DNA from: Marine Group II euryarchaeote MED-G34
GTDB taxonomy: Archaea; Thermoplasmatota; Poseidoniia; Poseidoniales; Thalassarchaeaceae
DNA length: 64,000 nt
Direction of reading: 5' to 3'
Assembly (NCBI GenBank): GCA_002457605.1
Contig: NTJT01000002.1
Location: 10,850 to 74,849 of the forward strand
Position numbers and translations under genes: made by a program. Of the stretch, positions 43,742-55,026 are shown piece by piece. Position 1 is the first letter of the stretch. Each line of letters opens with the position of its first letter. The notes under the pieces are model-generated. The model did no database searches and had not been told where the DNA came from. It was given only the letters and a program-made list of their open reading frames with translations.

Positions 43742-46468
43742 ATGGAGCCCATCCCTGCCGACATCACCGTAGGTGATGACGTGAGCGAGGCCGATCCCTT
43801 CGATGCGCAATCTCACTTCGATACGAGCGACGGCTCACAAGCCCCCTTCGTCGACATAGGGGCACTGGAGCGTTCGGGAATATGCAATCTAGCCGAGATA
43901 CCCGCTTCGATTCGTATTCTACTAGAGGCAGCTCTTCGCAAGTGTGACGGCTTCCTGATTACCCAAGAAGACGTTCTAAGGATAGCCACATGGTCCCCGG
44001 AGATGACCCCCGCAGAGATTCCCTTCAGCCCCAGCAGAGTTATCCTGCAGGATTTCACAGGGGTGCCTGCAGTCGTCGACATCGCTGCACTGCGTGATGC
44101 TATGGTGGCGATGGGAGGCGACCCAGAGAGAGTAAACCCGCAGGTGCCGGTTGATTTGGTCGTAGATCACTCGGTCCAAGTCGACATTTCCGGTTTGTTC
44201 CCAAACGCGCGCGAGCGCAATCTTGAGATTGAATACGAACGCAATCTCGAACGCTATAAGTTCCTGAAGTGGGGTCAGCAGAGTCTCGACAACTTCCGTG
44301 CTGTCCCTCCCGGCCGGGGCATCGTCCATCAAGTAAATCTGGAGTGGATAGCGAGTGTGGCTCGGGAGGAAGAGGGAATATGGATTCCCGACACTCTAGT
44401 GGGTACGGATTCCCATACCACGATGATCAACGGTCTCGGTGTCTTAGGCTGGGGAGTAGGCGGTATCGAGGCCGAGGCGGTAATGTTGGGCCAACCGATT
44501 TACATGCTGCTGCCGGAGGTAGTCGGATTCGAACTCAAAGGCTCACTCCAGCCAGGTGTAACTGCGACCGACATGACCCTAAGGGTGGTGGAGATGCTGA
44601 GAGAGCACGACTGCGTGGGCAAGTTCGTCGAATTCCATGGCCCTGGTCTTGCTGGGCTCAGCCTCCCCGACCGAGCCACAATCGCCAATATGGCTCCAGA
44701 GTATGGCGCCACATGCGGCTTTTTCCCCGTGGATCAGGCTACTCTCGACTACATGCTACTGTCGGGGCGCGAACCTTCCCATGTCGAGGATGTCAAGCGC
44801 TATTTGTCTGCACAGGGCTTGTTTTACACTGACTCAACACCATCTCCTTTGTTCACCTCCTCTCTATCACTCGATCTTTCGACCGTCGAACCCTCGCTGG
44901 CTGGGCCCAAGAGACCTCAGGATAGGGTGCCGCTGTCCGAGATGAAGTCACACTGGAGGAAGAGCCTGAATGCTCCAATCGGCCATCAGGGTCATGGTAT
45001 CGACCCCTCACAAAACGATGCCAGTGCCGCAATCGCCGGGCGTGATACAGAATTAGGGCACGGTGATGTCGTAATTGCCGCTATCACGAGTTGCACTAAC
45101 ACTAGCAACCCCAGCGTGATGATAGCGGCAGGATTACTCGCCCGAAATGCCCGTGTCAAAGGGTTGTCAATCAAGCCATGGGTAAAACCTAGCCTTGCTC
45201 CTGGTAGCAGGGTTGTAACTGAGTACTATGATGCCGCCGGCTTGACAGAAGATCTTGATGCCCTTGGATTCAGCGTTGTTGGTTACGGCTGCACCACCTG
45301 CATTGGCAACTCAGGACCTCTCGATGAGGAAATAGAGGTCGCCGTAGACGAGGCAAAACTGGTCGTCGGCAGTGTCCTCTCGGGAAACCGAAACTTCGAG
45401 GGTAGGATTCACCAGAAAGTCAAGGCGAACTATCTCGCAAGTCCCCCTCTCGTGGTGGCCTACGCCCTGGCTGGTACTCTCGATATCGATTTCTCGAGCG
45501 ACCCCCTTGGCCACACTAAGTCTGGTGAACCAGTTATGCTCGCGAATATCTGGCCCAGTGACGATGAAATCCGTTCGACCATCGACGAGGTAATCGGACC
45601 TGAAATGTTCAAACTTCGATACGAGGACATCCTCAGAGAGCCACGTTGGGACGCGATTCCCAGTAAGTCTGGATCTCTGTACTCATGGGACGACTCTTCG
45701 ACTTACATCCGCCTTCCTTCCTTCCTCGAGGGAATCCAGCCCGAACCAGCTCCTATAGAGCCGATTCAAGGTGCTAGGGTTCTGGTAAAGGTCGGTGACT
45801 CGGTGACCACCGACCACATCAGTCCGGCCGGCGCGTTTCCTCATCACGGCCCTGCTGGTCGGTACCTGATAGGTAACGGAGTCCAACCCCGTGACTTCAA
45901 CTCGTTCGGAAGCCGTCGAGGCAATCACGAGGTGATGGTGCGTGGTACCTTCGCCAATATCCGGATGCGCAATCAGATAGCGCCCGGCACAGAAGGCGGC
46001 TTCACTACTCACTTTCCAACGGGGGAAGTCACCTCGATATACGAGGCCAGCAACAGATACCGCGAGGACAATACTCCTCTGGTTGTTCTCGCTGGCTCTC
46101 AGTATGGAACCGGCAGTAGCAGAGACTGGGCTGCCAAAGGAACCCTGCTGCTAGGTGTGAGGGCCGTAATAGCTACCTCATTTGAGAGGATCCACCGCTC
46201 CAACTTGGTGGGAATGGGAGTCCTCCCTCTGACCTTCCGTGAGGGCGAAGATGCTGTCAGTCTCGGTCTAGATGGCTCCGAGCTATTCAACATCCCAGCG
46301 AGGGCTGATTTGCAGCCTATGTCGTCGATATCAGTTACAGCCACTAAATCTAACGGTAGCACAGTCGAGTTCGAAGCCGTCGTAAGACTGGACACACCGG
46401 TTGAGGTTGAATACTACAGGAACGGAGGCATTCTGCCGACCGTGCTGAGGAATCTGGCCGAAGCATGA
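43742..46468 (+). CDS. acnA: Aconitate hydratase A
   Basis: 908 aa. [56 protein letters not shown] and [10 protein letters not shown] signature blocks. Confidence 0.97.
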   Translation: MEPIPADITVGDDVSEADPFDAQSHFDTSDGSQAPFVDIGALERSGICNLAEIPASIRILLEAALRKCDGFLITQEDVLRIATWSPEMTPAEIPFSPSRVILQDFTGVPAVVDIAALRDAMVAMGGDPERVNPQVPVDLVVDHSVQVDISGLFPNARERNLEIEYERNLERYKFLKWGQQSLDNFRAVPPGRGIVHQVNLEWIASVAREEEGIWIPDTLVGTDSHTTMINGLGVLGWGVGGIEAEAVMLGQPIYMLLPEVVGFELKGSLQPGVTATDMTLRVVEMLREHDCVGKFVEFHGPGLAGLSLPDRATIANMAPEYGATCGFFPVDQATLDYMLLSGREPSHVEDVKRYLSAQGLFYTDSTPSPLFTSSLSLDLSTVEPSLAGPKRPQDRVPLSEMKSHWRKSLNAPIGHQGHGIDPSQNDASAAIAGRDTELGHGDVVIAAITSCTNTSNPSVMIAAGLLARNARVKGLSIKPWVKPSLAPGSRVVTEYYDAAGLTEDLDALGFSVVGYGCTTCIGNSGPLDEEIEVAVDEAKLVVGSVLSGNRNFEGRIHQKVKANYLASPPLVVAYALAGTLDIDFSSDPLGHTKSGEPVMLANIWPSDDEIRSTIDEVIGPEMFKLRYEDILREPRWDAIPSKSGSLYSWDDSSTYIRLPSFLEGIQPEPAPIEPIQGARVLVKVGDSVTTDHISPAGAFPHHGPAGRYLIGNGVQPRDFNSFGSRRGNHEVMVRGTFANIRMRNQIAPGTEGGFTTHFPTGEVTSIYEASNRYREDNTPLVVLAGSQYGTGSSRDWAAKGTLLLGVRAVIATSFERIHRSNLVGMGVLPLTFREGEDAVSLGLDGSELFNIPARADLQPMSSISVTATKSNGSTVEFEAVVRLDTPVEVEYYRNGGILPTVLRNLAEA

Positions 46469-46514
46469 AAGCCGTCATCGCAGCCCGGAGACCGAGGAAC
46501 TGATTCTAGGAGCA

Positions 46515-47189
46515 TTGACCATGGAACTAAGGGGAACTGTAAGATTCCGATTCCGCTCCCCTGAGCACGATGTCGATGTGCTGCTCGAGGGCGATGCCGT
46601 ATGGGTCACCAAGGTCCGTGAGGAATTGGATCTCTCGGGAGAAGTTGGCGTAATACAGCCTCTAGCTGCTCGTATGGCCGAGCCCGGCGAGCCCGATCCA
46701 GAATCAGCCATGGGTGAGGGGGCCGAAATATACGAAGAAACACCTCCTCCAGAGGATGCAGTCCTACCAGGCCCTCCACCAGACCCCTCAAGGATTCCCT
46801 CAGTGGTCCGCATCATCGGCAGCCTTGATGTGGACTCTGAAGTCGCTGAACTTGGCGGCGGCGAGAGGAGCGAACCGGATATCATGACCATCATAGAAAT
46901 CCTTGATGAGCTCGCGGACGAGGTGGAGCCGTTGTCTGACAACTTGTCGGGAGAACCACTGACTGAAGCTTGGATTCAACTGCTACTCACCCTCGTGGTC
47001 CGTGAGCACGGTTACACTTCGTTGCCACTGAGCTCGATAGAGCAGGCCGTGGGAGACAGGACGAATCGACAAGGAGTGGATCTAGAAATCTTCCTCGACC
47101 GCCTGTGGATGATGGGAAGGTTGGAGAGGATTCATGGCGGGGCAGAGGTCCAGTATGCACCTAATCCCAGTTGGTTGGAGTTGCGGTAA
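46515..47189 (+). CDS. Hypothetical acidic protein
   Basis: 224 aa. Acidic composition matches the rest of the proteome. The overlapping antisense ORF (46475..46942) is Ser-rich low complexity and judged spurious. No family recognised. Confidence 0.6.
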   Translation: MTMELRGTVRFRFRSPEHDVDVLLEGDAVWVTKVREELDLSGEVGVIQPLAARMAEPGEPDPESAMGEGAEIYEETPPPEDAVLPGPPPDPSRIPSVVRIIGSLDVDSEVAELGGGERSEPDIMTIIEILDELADEVEPLSDNLSGEPLTEAWIQLLLTLVVREHGYTSLPLSSIEQAVGDRTNRQGVDLEIFLDRLWMMGRLERIHGGAEVQYAPNPSWLELR

Positions 47190-47275
47190 TACTTTGTTGA
47201 AACCACCAACTCCTATGGAGTTGCCAAACTCATTTGGGGCGAAGGCATAAGTGATGAGTGAAACTCCGGTTGAGC

Positions 47276-50200
47276 ATGCTGCATACGCTTGAGTCTACCC
47301 GAAATCGAACCAAGGAGGGTCGCAAGGCCGTCTTCATGGTGTTATTGATGCTGACCTCACTGATGGTTTCGTTAGTACCAGCCGTGAGTGCTTCACACAT
47401 CACTCAATACGCGGTGCAACGTGATCCAGCTCACCTCTCAGTGGGCGATCTGAACTGTGACGGCCACAACGACATCCTCTCGGTTAGCGTGATGGGGCAC
47501 TACATCACAGCTCTGTACAATGACGGACAAGGTAACTTCGCAGACAGGCAGGACGTGTTCATCTCGAACAACGCTTCGCAGCGTGCAGGTTTCGTAGATA
47601 CCGCCAACTCCGTCGACGCCGAGATTGCTGATATCGATGGCGATGGTGTGAATGATATCGTCTATTATCAGGAGAACATACGCTTCGTCGGAGAGAGTTT
47701 CGTCAGACCTGGTAACCTGACAACAATGTGGGGAGAATGCACCGAGAGGGTAAATCAGTGGGAAGACACCGAGATTACAGTCTCTAACCCGTATCACCTC
47801 GGGATGGAGGTTGGCGACATCGATGGGGATGACAATGCCGATATTGTTCTGCTGACAAGTGATGCCACAGCCACTAACCAGTACATCCAGATCTACCGTG
47901 GACCAGATCCTTCCCTTTTGACCAACCAGCAGTCAATCCCTGTCCCGCTGACCAACGGCATGTATGTCGAGACTCATTTGGGCCATTGGGGAGAGACCGT
48001 CCAAGGAGGTGGTATCGGAGTGCCTGTGGGCGACTGCGAAGATCTTGACCTCTGGCTCCTCAGGACACCTCCATACAATACTGGCGTGGGGACCTCTGTC
48101 GGGCACTATGACAACATGACCGTACTCGAGTACGACTGCATAACCAGCCAGTACCCAAACCCTCTGGATGCAACCGCTCAAGGAATCCACGAGTTCAAAC
48201 TCGATGCTGAGCACAACTACCCACTATACGGCCTCGACATCGCCGACACTGATGGAGACAACGAGATAGATCTCATCGCGGCAGTTGACGGAATCACTGG
48301 AAACATCTCCTATGCCACTAGGTCAGGCAGTAGTTGGAACACCCAGAACTACGTCTACCTCGGAGACTACCTCGGTGCCTCGATTACCATCGTGGATGTG
48401 AATCAGGACGGCGAGGTTGACTTCTTCGTACCTACTGAGGTAACTCTAACTCGTTTACAGGATTCATCAGCGCAGAACCAGACTTACTTGCTGCTGGAGA
48501 ACCTCCGTGAGATTAACTCCGTCGAGATTATCCTCGCCAATCCCAGTGGCCCAGGATACCTATCCTCTCTTTCATTCGATGTCGGACGTCGACCCACTAT
48601 GGCCATCCCTGGTCAACTCCAAGGGGGCGACAACAGCGCCTACGAGATTATCATTGGCCAGCGCGACTACTCCTACCGGTTCTCAGATGGAGCCATGTGG
48701 CTTGATACTCAAGGCTGGGCCGGGGCAGGCGATTTCCTCTCAGTACTAACTCTGGACAATGAGGACGTAGGTATCACAGGGGTAACTATCGCTCCCGCGT
48801 CATACAATCCTGCTACCGGAGAGGCCGAAATCGGCGAGGGTACTAGGTGGGTTAACGTGACCGTCAAGAACACAGGACTCAATCCTCTGACTGGATCTGT
48901 AGATGTCGACCTTGAGGTCAAGGAGGTCCTTGGTGGGACCGACACCGTGGTTTATTCAAATGACTTTGAGGGTAACGAGGATACCACTAACTGCGCCAAC
49001 TGTGCCTTCGCGAAGCACTCCTACACCGGGATGTACGGGACCGGAGCTTCATCTTGGCACATAGAGACCAACTCCACTGCCTCCACTCAGAACGTCTCAT
49101 GGTACGAAGCTGACAGCAACCCAACTGACTACTACTGGGCGGGTGTGGACTACAATGGCGACAACGAGACCGATTCGGGTTACTACAACAACATGGACGA
49201 GGCACTGATTCTAGAGAACGTTGACCTGACCGGTGCGGATGCTGCGTACATGGATCTCTCAGTGATGTGTACGACTGCGTTCTTTGAACTCTATTTGGCT
49301 GAGCAATACTCGGTCGTAGAGCGATGGTTGTACGAAGACTCGTGTGGAATCGAGGTCTGGACTGACGGCAACGGATGGGAATCTGTCTTCTTCAACGGTG
49401 GCTGGGATAATGAGCGCTACTTCCGTATATTATACCAAGGAGTTGACCCGGAATACAACACCTACAACAACAATTTCTACTATGAAACAGCCACTGGATG
49501 GTTGAACTACACAGAAGGAGGCGGAACCTCCCCCAACCCCGACGAGAGGGAATCTATCGATTTAACGCGATACGCGGGTCAAGTGGTTGACATCCGATTC
49601 CGCTTCCGTAGCGGTCTGATGGGCTCCGTTGGCCCCGCTGGGTCATCACAGGATACCGGCTATGACGGATTCGCCTTTGACAACATCACCATCAGGAAGA
49701 CGGACATAACATTCGGTACCACTGAGACCGTGAGTCAGCAGTTGAACTTCAACAACTTCGCAGCTGGTGCATCAGAAGAAGTAAGCCTCACTGCTGACTT
49801 CATCGACAACAGAACATACTACGTGAAGACCGAACTGACCAACCCCACGGGTTTCACCAACATGGACGAACTCAATGACGATATCAGATTCCAGTTGACA
49901 GTGAACAATTTGTTCGATCCGTGCCTTGCTGAGGAGCACTGGGTCGATTTGGAGAATGGAGTGAGGTACGCTTCAGGCGAGCGTGACATCCGTGTAAAGG
50001 CCCGTAATTGTGGCAACACTCTGACTGACTTCCAGTTAGAGGCATTCATTCAGAACGCCGAACCCGACCTCGTCGCAATCGAGGATTTCTCAGGCATCGA
50101 GCCAATGTGGTCAGATGATGGCAACGAGAATGGTAGCAGACTTGACGACTCTACCGGCTCGAATGACATGCTCCCACAGAATGTCGGTGTATTCAACAGC

Positions 50201-53200
50201 CACGCATATTGGCTGGGTCACCCGAGCGATGGTTATGGCGACAACTGGAATGAAACCGTGACATTGGACCCAATCCCCGTCGCGGCAACAGGGGCCGACT
50301 TCACCTACCTGACCTTCGACTACTACGCTGAGGGTGACTATCTCAAGGACAACAACGGCAACATCCTAGCTATTAGGGATGCAGCCAACTTAGAGATTAC
50401 TTGGACCAAGCAGGGAGAGGTCTTCGAGGGAGTTGTCTATGGAACTTGGACCGACCTTAATGAGAATGGCATCCAGAATACAAATCCAGAGGATCCTAAC
50501 TTCCACCGCTGCGAGGATTTCGATCTCAACGGCTACGATGAGGTCGAGTATTTCGGTGACCATTCAGACAACATCAACTCAGTGGTCTGGTTTGACTCCG
50601 AGAACATCCTCAAGTCAGTTACCGTTGACTTGACACATATTGTCATCCTGAACCGCACCAGTGCCGATACCGGAGATTGGCGCGACGAGTGCACATCTCT
50701 TTCTGGCTCCGATGTCTCCCTGACCTGGAGGTTCCAGTCGAATGACGATGGAGTTAACGGCAACGCCGGACTGTCCGGCTTCGGTGTTGACAACATCCGT
50801 GTAGAGGAGTTCACCTTCGAGGATGATGGGACCTACACAGTCGACGTGACTGGGCTTGATGCCTCTGAGCATCAGATAGTCAACATGGCTACACACGACT
50901 TCCAGAGTGGCATATACAAGATTGACGTGACCACTATCTTCGACAACACCGATCCGATGACTGCATGGTACAACGAGACTGAGGTTAACACCGCCAACAA
51001 CTACTCGTCGATTATCTTCAGCATCGCTAGTGCGGACATTACCTTGCTTCAGCCTGACGTGTTGGAGTGCGTGGCCGACATAACTTACGAATGCGTCTAC
51101 CCAATCGATGATGCATCGGCCCACAGTTTCGCTGTGCCGCTTCTTAATGGGGTCATCGCGGGCGAGTACCAGGTTACAATGAAGGTCGTTGATTTGGAAA
51201 CGGGACAGACCGTTTACGAAGAATCAAGCGACAACGGGCCGTTCGACCTTGCTCCTCATGAGAGGGGTCAGGCCAACTGGACAAATCCATACAATTCGTG
51301 GTATGACACACACACCTACAACATCAGTTTCTACGCTGACTTGTTCCAAGAGAACGGGACCCTCGAGTCCTCAGGTAACGACCGCTACTTTGAGATTCAG
51401 TTCTATGACAACATCGATGTCGCAATCCTGTCCAACCCTACAGACCAGAACCGTCTGCAGAGCGTCAAGAAGGATCTAGAGGCGATGGGTAAGACGTACA
51501 CTCAGCTGCGCATGGAAAACTGGGATACCTATGGGACACCTGACTGGGTTGAGCACTTCAACAAGGTGCTGCTGCCATGGCAGACCGATTACAATGTCTA
51601 CTACGGCGAGTACTATGAGGCACTGGCTGAGACCCGCGAAAGTGACGGACTCAGCCTAACTGAGACTCTCGAGGATTACATGAGTGGGGGAGGTACGGTG
51701 CAGATGCACCTCGGTCCTTACCGCAACGAGTACCAGCCGAACAGACTACCGTTTGGCATGGACATCGCGATGAGGAACCAGGTCAACTTCACCGTTGACA
51801 ACAGAGTCCACTATAGCAATCTGACCATTGTGGATCAGTACCATCCGATACTCAGCAACGTCGACCCGATTGCGTTCAGTGGAATCAATGGCGGATCGCA
51901 CGTCGCTCTGGCCGGACTCGATGCAGCACAAGTGCAATCCACTCAAATTCCGCAGGTATGCGGCGGTCGCATCAGTGATCCTACAGGGACCTTCCACACT
52001 TTGATGCGTGACACTGAATATGAAACCCAGTCTCTTTTATCACTATGTAATCGAGGTGCTGGAGGCCTGATAGTCACCACAATAGATGTCGAGAACCCGA
52101 GCGTGTCTGAGGAGTTTGGAGGATCAAGTATACCACTGCTCTCTAACATGCTGGCGTACCACATGACCCCCTATCCGAATGACTTCGGTATCGTTGAGGA
52201 AAGCTTTGATCTTACTATCAACGGAGTCGCGCCTTCGATAGACTCCGTCACAGGAGCCTACGCGACCATGTACATCAAGAGCAATTCTGATCTTGATTTC
52301 AGTTACGTTACGTCAGTTGAGGGAGTAGTAGCGGACTGGACACTAGAGTCTGGAAACAACGATTCAGTGACAGGATGGGATGGCTTGGTGATAGATGCCG
52401 ACGAGTATAGCCACACTCAGCAGATTAGCCCAAGCATCCCAACTCTCGGCTCCTTCTGCGTTGGCGACTCCTCTTCGACAACAGGTTGCCGAATCGGTGC
52501 CGAGTGGCTGCTCACTCTGTACCTGCATGACGAAGCCGGACACACTCGTATGACCTATGTTCGACTGGTCACAGATGATACTCTGGCCGACGAGTTCAGG
52601 CCGTTGGCAAGCGCAATCATGGTCGAAGACACCACTACCGATGAGTACATCAGCCTTGACGGCACCAAGACCGTCGCTGGCGTGGAATGGCCAATCTACA
52701 GAGCCAGACTGTCCGACACAGGCGACCTCAGCGTCTCGTTTGACGCCAGCGAGAGCTACGATCCCGATGCCCCTGAGGGCGAGAAAGGCATCGAGCTTTA
52801 CGAGTGGAAGGTCTTCTTCGATTATCCATGGGACAGTTCCGAGCCAACACTAGAGGGACACGTCTTCCAAATTCCAGCGGCCGCCGGAGGAGATGATTGG
52901 TCCTATGTATTCAGGAACCTGACTGCTAGTCCGGATGGAAATCTCGAGAACGAAATCCGAATCGAACTGATAGTCTACGATAAGGCAGGTAAGCAGAGTG
53001 AGAAGCACAGGATGTACTTCGTAGTCGTTGGAGAAGACTTCGGAGATGATGAGCCGATAGTGCAGTTCACCAACCCGGGCCCCAACGAGAACCAGAACGC
53101 TGACCTGGTGACAATTACTGGTACCTTGATTTCAGGCGCTGAGAATAGTGACGTCATCATCGAAGTCGCTCTGACTGAGGCTGTACTGGATTACACTCCA

Positions 53201-53698
53201 ACTCAGAAAATCACCCAGAAATCAATTGGTAAGTACAACGTCACGGAACTGCTCTCTGATAATCAACAGTTCACGATGACATTGGACATATCTGATCTCT
53301 ATCAAGAAACAGGCGTTGCTGCCACTATCTACGTGAAGATCAAAGAGGGCGACGGTGAGAGACACACCCTCTACCAGCAGATTGGAATCACACTAGTTCC
53401 TCATATTGAGGAGGTCGTGACCACCGATGAAAACGACGGTATGGACATGCTATTGATTGGTGGCATCGGGGTATTCGTCCTACTGCTCGTAGTAGTAGTC
53501 ACGATGATGATGCGCGGACGAGGCAAGGACTCTGATGAGGACACAGTCGAGCAGTTCGGAGGTGTTGAGGAGATGGATCCAGTAGAGGCTTATGTCCAGC
53601 AGATGGTTGCCTCAGGGTATGACGAACAGACTGCCCGGAAGTACGCTCAAGATTACTATGCCCAGTACTATGAACAGCAACGCAAGGGTGGAAGCTGA
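47276..53698 (+). CDS. Giant cell-surface protein: signal peptide, FG-GAP/VCBS-like repeats, long acidic ectodomain, C-terminal TM anchor and short cytoplasmic tail
   Basis: About 2140 aa from ATG 47276 (GTG 47258 alternative). Signal KAVFMVLLMLTSLMVSLVPAVSA. Repeats VGDLNCDGHNDIL, ADIDGDGVNDIVY, GDIDGDDNADIVLL, IADTDGDNEIDLIAA and VDVNQDGEVDFFVP lie at about 47440-48430. TM LLIGGIGVFVLLLVVVVTMMM at about 53441-53512. Confidence 0.85.
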   Translation: MLHTLESTRNRTKEGRKAVFMVLLMLTSLMVSLVPAVSASHITQYAVQRDPAHLSVGDLNCDGHNDILSVSVMGHYITALYNDGQGNFADRQDVFISNNASQRAGFVDTANSVDAEIADIDGDGVNDIVYYQENIRFVGESFVRPGNLTTMWGECTERVNQWEDTEITVSNPYHLGMEVGDIDGDDNADIVLLTSDATATNQYIQIYRGPDPSLLTNQQSIPVPLTNGMYVETHLGHWGETVQGGGIGVPVGDCEDLDLWLLRTPPYNTGVGTSVGHYDNMTVLEYDCITSQYPNPLDATAQGIHEFKLDAEHNYPLYGLDIADTDGDNEIDLIAAVDGITGNISYATRSGSSWNTQNYVYLGDYLGASITIVDVNQDGEVDFFVPTEVTLTRLQDSSAQNQTYLLLENLREINSVEIILANPSGPGYLSSLSFDVGRRPTMAIPGQLQGGDNSAYEIIIGQRDYSYRFSDGAMWLDTQGWAGAGDFLSVLTLDNEDVGITGVTIAPASYNPATGEAEIGEGTRWVNVTVKNTGLNPLTGSVDVDLEVKEVLGGTDTVVYSNDFEGNEDTTNCANCAFAKHSYTGMYGTGASSWHIETNSTASTQNVSWYEADSNPTDYYWAGVDYNGDNETDSGYYNNMDEALILENVDLTGADAAYMDLSVMCTTAFFELYLAEQYSVVERWLYEDSCGIEVWTDGNGWESVFFNGGWDNERYFRILYQGVDPEYNTYNNNFYYETATGWLNYTEGGGTSPNPDERESIDLTRYAGQVVDIRFRFRSGLMGSVGPAGSSQDTGYDGFAFDNITIRKTDITFGTTETVSQQLNFNNFAAGASEEVSLTADFIDNRTYYVKTELTNPTGFTNMDELNDDIRFQLTVNNLFDPCLAEEHWVDLENGVRYASGERDIRVKARNCGNTLTDFQLEAFIQNAEPDLVAIEDFSGIEPMWSDDGNENGSRLDDSTGSNDMLPQNVGVFNSHAYWLGHPSDGYGDNWNETVTLDPIPVAATGADFTYLTFDYYAEGDYLKDNNGNILAIRDAANLEITWTKQGEVFEGVVYGTWTDLNENGIQNTNPEDPNFHRCEDFDLNGYDEVEYFGDHSDNINSVVWFDSENILKSVTVDLTHIVILNRTSADTGDWRDECTSLSGSDVSLTWRFQSNDDGVNGNAGLSGFGVDNIRVEEFTFEDDGTYTVDVTGLDASEHQIVNMATHDFQSGIYKIDVTTIFDNTDPMTAWYNETEVNTANNYSSIIFSIASADITLLQPDVLECVADITYECVYPIDDASAHSFAVPLLNGVIAGEYQVTMKVVDLETGQTVYEESSDNGPFDLAPHERGQANWTNPYNSWYDTHTYNISFYADLFQENGTLESSGNDRYFEIQFYDNIDVAILSNPTDQNRLQSVKKDLEAMGKTYTQLRMENWDTYGTPDWVEHFNKVLLPWQTDYNVYYGEYYEALAETRESDGLSLTETLEDYMSGGGTVQMHLGPYRNEYQPNRLPFGMDIAMRNQVNFTVDNRVHYSNLTIVDQYHPILSNVDPIAFSGINGGSHVALAGLDAAQVQSTQIPQVCGGRISDPTGTFHTLMRDTEYETQSLLSLCNRGAGGLIVTTIDVENPSVSEEFGGSSIPLLSNMLAYHMTPYPNDFGIVEESFDLTINGVAPSIDSVTGAYATMYIKSNSDLDFSYVTSVEGVVADWTLESGNNDSVTGWDGLVIDADEYSHTQQISPSIPTLGSFCVGDSSSTTGCRIGAEWLLTLYLHDEAGHTRMTYVRLVTDDTLADEFRPLASAIMVEDTTTDEYISLDGTKTVAGVEWPIYRARLSDTGDLSVSFDASESYDPDAPEGEKGIELYEWKVFFDYPWDSSEPTLEGHVFQIPAAAGGDDWSYVFRNLTASPDGNLENEIRIELIVYDKAGKQSEKHRMYFVVVGEDFGDDEPIVQFTNPGPNENQNADLVTITGTLISGAENSDVIIEVALTEAVLDYTPTQKITQKSIGKYNVTELLSDNQQFTMTLDISDLYQETGVAATIYVKIKEGDGERHTLYQQIGITLVPHIEEVVTTDENDGMDMLLIGGIGVFVLLLVVVVTMMMRGRGKDSDEDTVEQFGGVEEMDPVEAYVQQMVASGYDEQTARKYAQDYYAQYYEQQRKGGS

Positions 53699-53742
53699 CG
53701 CTAGCCGCCAAGTGACTGCTCTAGACGCACCTTGAAGACGAG

Positions 53743-55026
53743 GTGGTGACAGCGCTGGATGTGGACACATCCGGACCACATACTGTAGCCGACATTTCTC
53801 TCGCCGATGTTGGCGAGGCCAGAATCTCGTGGGCCCGGAGCAGGATGCCGGCGTTGGCAGCCTTGCGAGCCGCTACAGAGAGCGAAAAACCACTCGCTGG
53901 TCAACGCATCGCCGGTTGTCTACACGTCACTAAGGAGACTGCAGTCCTAATTGAGACACTGAGGGCGGCTGGGGCCGAGGTTTCGTGGTCCGGCTGCAAT
54001 CCGCTCTCGACTCAGGATGACGTGGCGGCATGGCTGGCAAGGGAAGGCTACAGCATCCACGCTTGGTACGGCCAGGGGACCGAGGATTTCTACCGGTGTA
54101 TCGACCGAACCCTCGACTTTGGCCCGACACTGACTCTCGATGACGGCGCCGATCTAATCTATCGGGTTCACAGTAGCTTTTCTGAGTTAGCAGAAGGCAT
54201 CATCGGAGGCACCGAGGAGACGACCACAGGAGTTCACCGCCTACGGGCGATGGCCGATGCGGGGGAGTTACTGTATCCGGTTATCGCAGTGAATGATGCG
54301 GCTACCAAGTGGGACTTCGACAACGTGCATGGCACCGGTCAATCGACTCTGGATGGCATCATCAGAGCCACCAGCGTTCTCTTGGCCGGCAAGGATTTCG
54401 TTGTCGCAGGCTACGGCCACTGCGGCAAGGGACTAGCCATGCGTGCTAGAGGGATGGGCGCAAACGTCATCGTGACCGAAGTAGATCCATTGCCAGCTTT
54501 GAGTGCGGTAATGGATGGTTTCAGAGTAATGAAGATGGATGACGCCTCTTCTCTAGGGGATATTTTCTGCACTGCCACCGGGATGAAGGACGTGATTGTA
54601 GGTAGGCATTTCGAGTCAATGAAAGACGGCGCCATAGTCTGCAATACCGGGCACTATGACTGCGAGATTAGCATACCCGATCTCGAGGATAGGTCCACTG
54701 GCTACCGCACAATCAGGGAGAATAATGAAGCCTTCCAAATGGAGAATGGTCGTACAATACATCTCCTAGCGAGGGGCCGTTTGGTGAACCTCGCCGCCGC
54801 CGAAGGTCATCCCAGCGAGGTGATGGACATGTCGTTCGCCAATCAGTTCCTAGCATTGTGTCGTCTAGCCTCTGAGGGCAGTGACTATGACAACAAAGTC
54901 TACGACATCAGTCCTGAGCAAGATACCGAGTTGGCCGCACTAAAACTCAAGACAGCAGGAATCAGCATCGACGAGTTGACGCCCGAGCAGACTGCCTACC
55001 TCGACGACTTCAGCGCTGGGACCTAG
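53743..55026 (+). CDS. ahcY: Adenosylhomocysteinase
   Basis: 427 aa. CLHVTKETAVLIETL, SCNPLSTQDDVAA, EETTTGV, NAD-binding GYGHCGKG and GHYDCEI blocks. Confidence 0.96.
   Translation: MVTALDVDTSGPHTVADISLADVGEARISWARSRMPALAALRAATESEKPLAGQRIAGCLHVTKETAVLIETLRAAGAEVSWSGCNPLSTQDDVAAWLAREGYSIHAWYGQGTEDFYRCIDRTLDFGPTLTLDDGADLIYRVHSSFSELAEGIIGGTEETTTGVHRLRAMADAGELLYPVIAVNDAATKWDFDNVHGTGQSTLDGIIRATSVLLAGKDFVVAGYGHCGKGLAMRARGMGANVIVTEVDPLPALSAVMDGFRVMKMDDASSLGDIFCTATGMKDVIVGRHFESMKDGAIVCNTGHYDCEISIPDLEDRSTGYRTIRENNEAFQMENGRTIHLLARGRLVNLAAAEGHPSEVMDMSFANQFLALCRLASEGSDYDNKVYDISPEQDTELAALKLKTAGISIDELTPEQTAYLDDFSAGT

Noticed and set aside
46475-46942. 155-aa minus-strand ORF overlapping the 46515..47189 plus-strand ORF
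   Set aside because: The translation is Ser-rich low complexity (SSASSSRIS..., SPPPSSATSESTS). That is the typical antisense shadow of an Asp/Glu-rich gene. The plus-strand product has the acidic composition of the rest of the proteome.
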